Assembly: GCA_965603035.1 (NCBI GenBank)
Contig: CBFDBL010000002.1
Coordinates: forward strand, 1 to 33,821
Source: an uncultured bacterium
Lineage (GTDB): Bacteria > Planctomycetota > PUPC01 > DSUN01
Direction of reading: 5' to 3'
Length of the DNA: 33,821 nt
The notes below the pieces were generated by a model. The model was not told where the DNA came from and ran no database searches. It worked only from the letters and a program-made list of their open reading frames with translations. The translations under genes were made by a program, and so were the position numbers. How positions within the stretch are numbered: the first letter of the stretch is position 1; the number at the start of each line of letters is the position of its first letter. Shown piece by piece: positions 23,105-29,735 of this stretch.

Positions 23105-23118
23105 CATTTGCGCAAATG
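23105..23118. promoter_or_regulatory. 14-bp perfect palindrome CATTTGCGCAAATG, copy 4
   Basis: Identical to copy 1, 495 bp downstream. It lies about 100 bp upstream of the TTGACA at 23214. Confidence 0.5.
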
Positions 23119-23213
23119 CGGAGCTCACCGCGAGTGGCGCTGCTCCCCCTCGCTGCCGCCCCAGGACTCCCTTCTGTATCGCACGCCCGACTCAGCAGCG
23201 CGGCGATCTGCGC

Positions 23214-23245
23214 TTGACACCCATCCTCTATTCCGCATGTATGGT
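23214..23245 (+). promoter_or_regulatory. Weak candidate promoter of the second sulfatase gene
   Basis: TTGACA at 23214-23219. The best -10 options are TGTATG (23238-23243, 18-nt spacer) or TATGGT (23240-23245, 20-nt spacer, too long). It is listed only because of the perfect -35 hexamer and its position 72 nt before the start codon. Confidence 0.25.
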
Positions 23246-23290
23246 CTGTCGCTTGCTGCTTCATGTCGCCGCCGGAGAGGAGTCCCAGTC

Positions 23291-24652
23291 GTGGCTCGAC
23301 CGAACATCCTGATCTTCATGACCGACCACCAGCGCGGCGATACGGTGCGGCCCGAGCACCCGTGCAAGACGCCCCACATCGATGCCTTCGCCCGCGAGGG
23401 CGTCCTCTTCGACCAGGTCTTCTGCCCCGCGCCCCACTGCTGCCCCGCACGCGGCACCTTCCACAGCGGCCTCTACCCGACCCGCAGCGGGGTGTGGAAC
23501 AACATCTGCAACGACCAGGCCCTCACCCGCGGTCTCAAGCCCGGCGTCCGCCTGTGGAGCGAGGGCCTCGCCGAGGTGGGCTATCGCATGGCCTGGACGG
23601 GCAAGTGGCACGTGAGCGTCGAGGAAGGGCCCCAGGACCGCGGCTGGCAGCAGGTGCTCCGCGTCAGCGCCCACAAGGCCCGCGAGCACCACACGGCCTG
23701 GGAGCAGTACGAGAAGCTCGCCCAGCGCGCCGCCGACGCCGAGCGCGGCGAGGGCCAGATCCTCCGGCCCGGCTACGGCACCTATACCATGTACGGCACC
23801 CGCCCCGACCACGGCAAGCACCACGACGAGCTGGTGACCCAGGACGCCGTCGAGACTCTGCCCGAGCTGGCGAAGGGCGACGACCCCTGGTGCATGTTCG
23901 TCGGCGCCGTCGCGCCCCACGACCCCTACGTCGTGCCCCAGCGCTTCCGCGACCTCTACGACCTCGACGACGTGCCCCTGCCGCCCAGTTACGCCGACGA
24001 CCTCGCCGACAAGCCGCGCATCTACCAGCGCATGCGGCGGCAGGTGTGGGGCCAGCTCTCCGAGCGCGAGATCCGCGAGGGCATCCGCCACTTTTGGGCA
24101 TACTGCTCCTGGCTCGACGACCTCTTCGGCCAGATCCTCGCCGCGCTCGACGCCACGGGCCAGGCCGACGACACCCTCGTGCTCTACTGCTCGGACCACG
24201 GCGACTACTGCGGCGACCACGGGCTCTTCGCCAAGGGCATCCCCTGCTTCCAGGGCGCCTACCACGTGCCCGCCGTCCTGCGGTGGCCCAACGGGATCGC
24301 CAACCCGGGCCGGCGCGTCGGCGAGCTCGTGAGCCACGCCGACTGGGCGCCCACGTTCCTCGAGCTCGCGGGCGTCGAGCCGCGGCAGCGCTTCACCGGC
24401 GCCAGCCTCGTCCCCTTCCTCCGCGACGAGACGCCCGCCGACTGGCGCGACGCCATCTTCACCCAGTGCAACGGCGTCGAGCTCTACTACACCCAGCGGT
24501 CGGTCATGACGAAGGACTTCAAGTACGTCTTCAACGGCTTCGATGACGACGAGCTCTACGACCTGCGCGCCGACCCCCACGAGATGCACAACCTCGCCGC
24601 CGACCCCGCCTACGAGGCCGTCAAGCTCGCGCTCGTCCGCCGCCTCCGATGA
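23291..24652 (+). CDS. Sulfatase (formylglycine type, Cys); possibly 3'-truncated by a frameshift
   Basis: 3' part of track ORF 22532..24652. Start at GTG 23291 (GGAGAGGAG 8 nt upstream), giving (M)ARPNILIFMTDHQRGD. Sulfatase signature PHCCPARGTFHSG (C-x-P-x-R). Also CSDHGDYCGDHGLFAKG and DELYDLRADPHEMHNLA. The track N-terminal extension is translation of the noncoding repeat array. See the finding on the out-of-frame coding-like tail at 24649-24777. Confidence 0.86.
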   Translation: MARPNILIFMTDHQRGDTVRPEHPCKTPHIDAFAREGVLFDQVFCPAPHCCPARGTFHSGLYPTRSGVWNNICNDQALTRGLKPGVRLWSEGLAEVGYRMAWTGKWHVSVEEGPQDRGWQQVLRVSAHKAREHHTAWEQYEKLAQRAADAERGEGQILRPGYGTYTMYGTRPDHGKHHDELVTQDAVETLPELAKGDDPWCMFVGAVAPHDPYVVPQRFRDLYDLDDVPLPPSYADDLADKPRIYQRMRRQVWGQLSEREIREGIRHFWAYCSWLDDLFGQILAALDATGQADDTLVLYCSDHGDYCGDHGLFAKGIPCFQGAYHVPAVLRWPNGIANPGRRVGELVSHADWAPTFLELAGVEPRQRFTGASLVPFLRDETPADWRDAIFTQCNGVELYYTQRSVMTKDFKYVFNGFDDDELYDLRADPHEMHNLAADPAYEAVKLALVRRLR

Positions 24653-24777
24653 CGCCAGCCGCATCATCTCCTCGCGCCTGGAAGTTCGCCCACCGTGAAA
24701 GCGACGGCGCCATCAACGGCTACATCACCGTCGCCCTCGCCCCCCGCGGCCCCGCCGAGGCCTTTCGCGAGGACTGA
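24649..24777 (+). CDS. Coding-like 42-codon ORF that overlaps the sulfatase stop (ATGA); either a displaced sulfatase C terminus or a coupled small ORF
   Basis: ATG 24649-24651 overlaps TGA 24650-24652. The translation is MTPAASSPRAWKFAHRESDGAINGYITVALAPRGPAEAFRED. From the TGG at 24679 onward, third codon positions are almost all G/C, which is coding-like. Confidence 0.3.
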   Translation: MTPAASSPRAWKFAHRESDGAINGYITVALAPRGPAEAFRED

Positions 24778-24870
24778 CCGCTCGGGCCAGGCCCGCCGAG
24801 CCGCCTGCCAATGACGTCTCCGTGAGGGCCACGTTGCCTCCAACGCACGCCAGCCCAGCCCGTCGCAGAC

Positions 24871-24906
24871 GGGCGACAGCATGTAGCCCAGGGCGTCAGC
24901 CCTGGG
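24871..24906 (-). repeat. REP-like element, left copy (hairpin plus 16-nt tail), minus orientation
   Basis: The reverse complement reads CCCAGGGC-TGAC-GCCCTGGG-CTACATGCTGTCGCCC: an 8-bp stem, a 4-nt loop, and a tail identical to the right copy. Confidence 0.7.
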
Positions 24907-25027
24907 GGAGCGGCGCCCCCCGCAGAGAAGCCCCCGCAGGGGGGCGGCAGGAGCTGTCTCGGGGCCGCGCAGCCTTCCGTGGCCCTCTGCCGCCCCCTGC
25001 GGGGGCTGGGCCGTTGGCGGATCCGAT

Positions 25028-25063
25028 CCACGGGCTTGCGCCCGTGGCTACATGCTGTCGCCC
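25028..25063 (+). repeat. REP-like element, right copy (hairpin plus 16-nt tail), plus orientation
   Basis: CCACGGGC-TTGC-GCCCGTGG-CTACATGCTGTCGCCC. It has the same architecture as the left copy. Two stem base pairs are changed in a compensatory way (C:G to A:T and A:T to C:G). Confidence 0.7.
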
Positions 25064-25173
25064 TGCGGGCTGAAGACAGCGAGAGCACAGCCCGAGTCCG
25101 GCGGCCGGCTCGACGGGCCCGGCCCGAGCGGAGCCGAGGGCAGCGTGGCCCTCCCGGCTCCGCCTCGCGTGGT

Positions 25174-25761
25174 CTACGGCTCGATGGTGGTGCCGAGGAG
25201 GTCGAGGAAGGCGCGGATCCACTCGGGGTGGGCGGGCCAGGCGGGGGCGGTGACGAGGTTGCGGTCCACGACGGCGTTCGAGAAGGTCTCGTTGTGCTGG
25301 ACCCACTCGGCGCCCGAGGCCTCGACCTCGGGCTTGACCGCGGTGTAGGCCGTGCAGCGCCTGCCCTCGAGCACGCCCGCGGCGGCGAGGAGCTGGGCGC
25401 CGTGGCAGATGGCGGCGATGGGCTTGTCGGCCTCGGCGAAATGCCGCACGATGGCCAGCACGTGCTCGTTGAGGCGGATGTACTCGGGCGCGCGGCCGCC
25501 GGGGATGACGAGGGCGTCGTAGTCGGCGGGGTCGACGTCGTCGAAGGTCGCGTTGAGCGCGAAGTTGTGGCCGGGCTTCTCGCTGTAGGTCTGGTCGCCC
25601 TCGAAGTCGTGGACGGCGGTGCGCACGGTCTCGCCGGCCTGCTTGTCGGGGCAGACGGCGTGGACGGTGTGCCCGACCATGGCGAGCATCTGGAAGGGCA
25701 CCATCGCCTCGTAGTCCTCGACGAAGTCGCCCACCAGCATCAGGATCTTCTTCGCCGCCAT
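25174..25761 (-). CDS. DJ-1/PfpI family protein (class I glutamine amidotransferase-like fold)
   Basis: 195 aa. ATG 25761 is preceded by AAGGAG with a 7-nt spacer. [27 protein letters not shown] and the nucleophile elbow [15 protein letters not shown] are typical PfpI/DJ-1 blocks. Confidence 0.92.
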   Translation of the reverse strand: MAAKKILMLVGDFVEDYEAMVPFQMLAMVGHTVHAVCPDKQAGETVRTAVHDFEGDQTYSEKPGHNFALNATFDDVDPADYDALVIPGGRAPEYIRLNEHVLAIVRHFAEADKPIAAICHGAQLLAAAGVLEGRRCTAYTAVKPEVEASGAEWVQHNETFSNAVVDRNLVTAPAWPAHPEWIRAFLDLLGTTIEP

Positions 25762-25786
25762 TCCCTCTCTCCTTTCCTCTTTTCCA

Positions 25787-25816
25787 CTCGCCCCGATGCT
25801 GGAGCATCGGGGCGAG
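25787..25816 (-). other. 13-bp perfect stem-loop between the 1,250-aa gene and the DJ-1/PfpI gene
   Basis: CTCGCCCCGATGC (25787-25799), a 4-nt loop, GCATCGGGGCGAG (25804-25816). On the transcribed (-) strand it is followed by the purine-rich TGGAAAAGAGGAAAGGAGAGAGGGA-ATG, with no U tract. It is therefore an intercistronic structure or a non-canonical terminator. Confidence 0.5.
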
Positions 25817-25825
25817 TGAAACAGA

Positions 25826-28800
25826 TCACGGCTTCATCGTGACGACAGCGTGCCACAGGTACTTCACGCCGCCGGGCTTCACGGGCAGCGGCGGGTGGGT
25901 CGCGATGTGCTCCATCGCCTTGACGGCGACGGGCAGGGCGACGTCGGGGTTGGGCGAGAAGCCGCCGACGCGCCACAGCCAGCCCCAGCCGTCGAGCCGA
26001 TAGCCCGCGATGAAGTCCTGGCGGCGGCCCGCCACGAGGGTCACGTGCCCGGGATCGTGGCTGCCTCGGACGGCGCCGCGGTTGACGGCGCTCGTCGAGC
26101 GCTCGACCCGCTTGGCGAGCGCGTCTCCCAGCCACGCGCGGCCCTCGGCGGGCACGACGAGGGGCTCGGCCGGCTGGTCGATCTCGCCGCCGCCCACCGG
26201 CAGGCCGAGATGGCCCATGCCGCTGCTGCCGACCTGCTGCTGGCCCTCGGAGCCCGCGGCCAGGTGGAACGAGTAGCCGCCCGTCTCCCACCAGCAGCCG
26301 CCGTGCGCGACGTAGCGGCGGACCGCGTCGAGGGTCTGCCGCCAGTCGCCGTCGGGCAGGGTCGGGAAGGCTTCGCCGTAGGGGTTGATGATGGCGAGCC
26401 AGCGCGTCGGCCCCGCCTCCAGGGCTTCTGCGAGCTGCTTCCCGCTCGTGATGCGGCGGACGGGCATGCCGAGCTTCGCCGCGAGCGGCGATCGGCTGAA
26501 GGCGCCCATCCAGTCCTGGGGCGCGATGGTCGTCCAGATGGGCTTGAGGCCCGGGATGTCGAGGATGCCGACGGCAGGCTTGTCGCCCGGCCAGTCGGTG
26601 GGTGCCTTGCCCGCCAGCTCGGCGGGTGGCTTGACGCGCTTGCGGCCAGGGCGCGCGGGCAGAGCAACACTGACGAATCCCTCGATGGCCAATCCTGTCG
26701 CCACGCTGCCGTCGTCGAAGGTGAACGTGACGCGTGCCTTGCCCACCCCGGGCAGTTCCATCACGACGCCCGTCTTGGCCGGGGCGTAGACCCAGACGTC
26801 GAACCGCCCTTGTTGGCCCTCGAGCACGAAGGGGGTGGGGCACATGTCCGTGGTGGCGGCGAGCAGGCCCGGCGCCGTCGCGCGGAACCCGAACGGCGGC
26901 AGGGCGAGGCGGCCGTCGCTCCAGGGCATCGGGCTGAGGTTGGCGACGATCTTCACGTCGCCGTACGTCGCGCGGATGACGCCGTCTATCCAGGGGCCGG
27001 GGCCGCGCTCGTGGCGGAAGGCGGTCACCGGCTGGCCGACGTAGCGCGAGCAGACCGATTTCTGGAGGCGGTCGAGCCAGCGCAGCCATTCGCGGGTCGC
27101 GTCGCGCTGGAGGGCCGGGGCGCCGACGCGGTAGCTCATGCAGAAGCCGAGGCCGAGGGTCCAGGCCAGCACCTCGCGGTTGGTGACGAACTGGCCGAGG
27201 TCGTGGTAGAGCATGGCCGTCTTGTCGTGGGCGATGTGCTGCGCGAGCGGGTAGACGGTCCAGAGCTCGGGCGGGACCTCGGTCTTCATCAGCCGCCGCC
27301 ACGACGGGCCGCCCTCGGTGGGCACGATGCTCCAGCTCAGGCCGCAGAGCTGGCTCTCGTGGTTCACCACGCGGTCCCAGCCGCTCTCGGTGGACAGCGG
27401 CACCCGCTGGCAGTCCTCGGCGACCATGGAGACCAGGCCGTCGCTGTAGGCGTAGGGCGTGGGCGACGCGGGATTCGCATCGTACCGCCAGCCCCGCGCA
27501 CCGCACTGGTCCTGGAAGAGGATGTCCACGGGATACTGCTCGGTGAACTGGCGGACGGTCTTGCGGTTCGCCGCCTGCACGGCGGGATGCCAGTGGCAGA
27601 CGGTGAAGCCGACGTTCGCGGCGTAGCGTTCGGCCGAGAGGGTTCCGTCGAGCTTGCGGAGGAGCGGGGCGTCGCCGTGCTTCTGGAAGGTCGGGCCTTT
27701 GGGCTCGTCGCACCACCAGGTGGGGTTGGTGTAGGGCATGACGAGGTGGCCGAGCGCGTGGCAGCGGTCGAAGAACGCCTTGAGCTCGGCGGGCGTGCCG
27801 AAGCGGGGGTGGGGCGGCAGATGGTCGGGATACTGCTTGTCGAAGCCGCCCTTGAGGTAGTCGGAGAAGTGCACCTGGGAGGGAACAGGCAGCAGGTGGA
27901 GGTTGGCGAGCTTGTCGCGGGCGGGGCCGTCGTACTTCACGAGCACGGAGCTCTTGAACTTCGCGAGCAACTCGGGCGGCATCTTGTCTTCGAGTCGTCG
28001 GCGGATGGCGTTGGCCTCGCAGTAGGCGCGGAGATCCTCCTCGGGCGAGTGGCCGACGGCGATGCGGACCGTCGGCGAGCGCCACGTCTCGCCGGGCTTG
28101 ACGTACGTGCCGAAGGGGCGGTCGCACCAGCCGCCTTGCTCGTCGCCGCCGCAGGCCATGCGGCCGGGCACGAAGAGCGCCTGCTCGCGCCGGTCCCACG
28201 GCGGATGGATCTGTGGCTGGACGCCGTAGACGGAGGCCGAGCCGTCGCGGGTGTCGAGGTGCACGAAGTCGGCGAAGTTCGCGGGATAGGTCCCGCCGCG
28301 GCGGAAGTAGCGGATCGGCCGCAGCCCCGCGTAGAAGGGGTAGCCGCCGACCTCGAACCAGTGGCCGCCCGCCCGCACGTAGCGGCCCACCGCGTCCACC
28401 GCGGCCATCAGCCCGCCGTCCTCCGGCGCCGGCAGCCACTCGCCGTACGGGTTCAGGACCGCGAGGCACTCGTCGGCCGCCAGCGCGTCCATCATCTCGG
28501 CCACGGTCGTCAGCTCGCGGAACTCGATGGTGCAGGAGGGGAAGCGCAGGGCGGCCTGGAGCTGCTCGCGCCACCGGCTCACCGCGACCGCCGTCCAGCC
28601 GCCCGAGGGCGGCCCGTTGCGGAGCGCGACCAGGCCGAGCCACCGCCGGCCACCGCTGCGCGACACGAGCAGGCGGGTGACGGCAGCCCTGACCATGGCC
28701 ACCGCGTTCGCCGTCTCGGTCTCGTCCACCCGTCCGCCGATGCGCCAGAGCAGGCCCTTGCCGCCGAGGTGACTGGCCGAGAAGTAGGGGCCGTTGGCGG

Positions 28801-29578
28801 AGTCGAGGAGCACGAGGTCGGCCTGCTTGCGCGTCGGCGGGCGGTTGACGATGGCCTTGGCGCCGTCGAGCCGCTTGGCGAGGCGCTCGCCCAGCCAGTC
28901 GCGTCCCTCGGCCGTGACGCGCAGTGCGGCGGGCGGATCGAAGACCTCCCGCTGGTCGAGCGGGCCGCCGTAGAGCCGGATGTGGCCCTGCGGCCCCGAC
29001 GTGACCCGCCGCCAGCCCGACGGGCGGTCGCTCGGCTGCCGCCGGAAGAAGCCGGCCCGGAAGGCCGTGCCGACCGACTGGTTGCCGTTCTCGGGGCAGA
29101 TGAACCGCTCGAGGCGCTCGGGGTCGAAGCGCAGGCGGGCGGGCAGGGCGAAGTCGAGCACGACCTTCTGCTTCGGCGTCACCTCGCCGACGAGGTCCAC
29201 CCCGTCCGCGCGATGCGTCACGGTCACGGTGACGTCGGCCTCGGCGCTGCGATAGAGCAGTCTGGTGGTCCCATCGCCCGGCTCGGCCCGGAAGGAGCGC
29301 TCCTGCGAGGCCGCGTCGAAGTCGCCGGCGGAGATGCTCGTGCCGTCGAGGAATCGCACCTGCCAGAGCCCGTGCTCGCCGCTCCTGAGGATCTCGCCGC
29401 GCCCTTTCTGGGTCAGGCTCGCGATCGAGCCGCTCTTGTCGTCGAACGCGATCGTGCAGGTCTTGCCCGAGATCGCGAGGCCGAGCAGAAGCGGCGCGCG
29501 CGGCCGGCCACAGCCGCCTCCGCCAACCACCACCAGGCCCCCAAGCACCAGGGCCGCCAGGCCGATGGAGCAACGCAT
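25826..29578 (-). CDS. Large secreted (possibly lipo-)protein, 1,250 aa, with a glycoside-hydrolase-like central region flanked by order-swapped repeat modules; function unknown
   Basis: Track ORF 25826..29584. Start moved to ATG 29578 (GAGG 5 nt upstream). Signal peptide [23 protein letters not shown] with a lipobox-like Cys. The central region ([67 protein letters not shown]) looks like a (beta/alpha)8 glycosidase-type domain of unknown family; that is inference. The overlapping 1,744-aa track ORF in another frame is Arg/Pro junk. Confidence 0.85.
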   Translation of the reverse strand: MRCSIGLAALVLGGLVVVGGGGCGRPRAPLLLGLAISGKTCTIAFDDKSGSIASLTQKGRGEILRSGEHGLWQVRFLDGTSISAGDFDAASQERSFRAEPGDGTTRLLYRSAEADVTVTVTHRADGVDLVGEVTPKQKVVLDFALPARLRFDPERLERFICPENGNQSVGTAFRAGFFRRQPSDRPSGWRRVTSGPQGHIRLYGGPLDQREVFDPPAALRVTAEGRDWLGERLAKRLDGAKAIVNRPPTRKQADLVLLDSANGPYFSASHLGGKGLLWRIGGRVDETETANAVAMVRAAVTRLLVSRSGGRRWLGLVALRNGPPSGGWTAVAVSRWREQLQAALRFPSCTIEFRELTTVAEMMDALAADECLAVLNPYGEWLPAPEDGGLMAAVDAVGRYVRAGGHWFEVGGYPFYAGLRPIRYFRRGGTYPANFADFVHLDTRDGSASVYGVQPQIHPPWDRREQALFVPGRMACGGDEQGGWCDRPFGTYVKPGETWRSPTVRIAVGHSPEEDLRAYCEANAIRRRLEDKMPPELLAKFKSSVLVKYDGPARDKLANLHLLPVPSQVHFSDYLKGGFDKQYPDHLPPHPRFGTPAELKAFFDRCHALGHLVMPYTNPTWWCDEPKGPTFQKHGDAPLLRKLDGTLSAERYAANVGFTVCHWHPAVQAANRKTVRQFTEQYPVDILFQDQCGARGWRYDANPASPTPYAYSDGLVSMVAEDCQRVPLSTESGWDRVVNHESQLCGLSWSIVPTEGGPSWRRLMKTEVPPELWTVYPLAQHIAHDKTAMLYHDLGQFVTNREVLAWTLGLGFCMSYRVGAPALQRDATREWLRWLDRLQKSVCSRYVGQPVTAFRHERGPGPWIDGVIRATYGDVKIVANLSPMPWSDGRLALPPFGFRATAPGLLAATTDMCPTPFVLEGQQGRFDVWVYAPAKTGVVMELPGVGKARVTFTFDDGSVATGLAIEGFVSVALPARPGRKRVKPPAELAGKAPTDWPGDKPAVGILDIPGLKPIWTTIAPQDWMGAFSRSPLAAKLGMPVRRITSGKQLAEALEAGPTRWLAIINPYGEAFPTLPDGDWRQTLDAVRRYVAHGGCWWETGGYSFHLAAGSEGQQQVGSSGMGHLGLPVGGGEIDQPAEPLVVPAEGRAWLGDALAKRVERSTSAVNRGAVRGSHDPGHVTLVAGRRQDFIAGYRLDGWGWLWRVGGFSPNPDVALPVAVKAMEHIATHPPLPVKPGGVKYLWHAVVTMKP

Positions 29579-29628
29579 CTGCACCTCTCGGATTCAGAGC
29601 CGTCTGCCAGCACGACGTGCGAGCCCCC

Positions 29629-29656
29629 ATGGTATCGATTGAGCCGCACGACGCAA
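29629..29656 (-). promoter_or_regulatory. Candidate promoter of the 1,250-aa gene
   Basis: On the - strand: TTGCGT (29656-29651), a 16-nt spacer, then TACCAT (29634-29629), about 50 nt upstream of ATG 29578. Confidence 0.3.
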
Positions 29657-29735
29657 GGACTGCGGGTGGCGGCACGGCGACGAACGGACTATGATGGGTA
29701 GCACTCGCACCATCGTTACCGTCGAGGGCTTGCAC

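Larger units (their letters stand above)
22602..23119. repeat. Tandem repeat array with an exact 165-bp period (3 full units plus the conserved head of a 4th)
   Basis: The 23-nt head TATCATG(T/C)CATTTGCGCAAATGC starts at 22602, 22767, 22932 and 23097, spaced exactly 165 bp. The unit bodies are roughly three-quarters identical by eye (e.g. ACCGCGAG, GCCGCGCC, TGCCGCCGAC(C/T)CGGGC). A degenerate extra unit lies upstream (about 22456-22601; half-site CATTTGC at 22464, ATGGCTTGC at 22532). Confidence 0.9.

Noticed and set aside
22602-23119. Could the 165-bp array be a CRISPR array?
   Set aside because: The conserved head is 23 nt, but the 142-nt intervals are themselves homologous to each other (a tandem repeat), not unique spacers. 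The period is far longer than in CRISPR, and no cas genes or leader-like organisation are present.
21946-23264. Could the 165-bp (55-codon) repeats encode a repeat protein or peptides (ORFs 21946..22962 and 22284..23312 on the + strand, 22458..23264 on the - strand)?
   Set aside because: All frames give Arg/Pro/Gly/Ala-rich sequences. The frame giving MSFAQM.. units hits TAA in unit 3. There are no SD sequences before the in-unit ATGs. The most conserved part is a DNA palindrome, not a codon-structured segment.
29689-29694. TATGAT hexamer upstream of the NOX-like gene as a -10 element
   Set aside because: No acceptable -35 hexamer lies at 16-18 nt (GTGGCG/GGTGGC). It also lies inside the alternative upstream start region, so it is too weak to report as a promoter.
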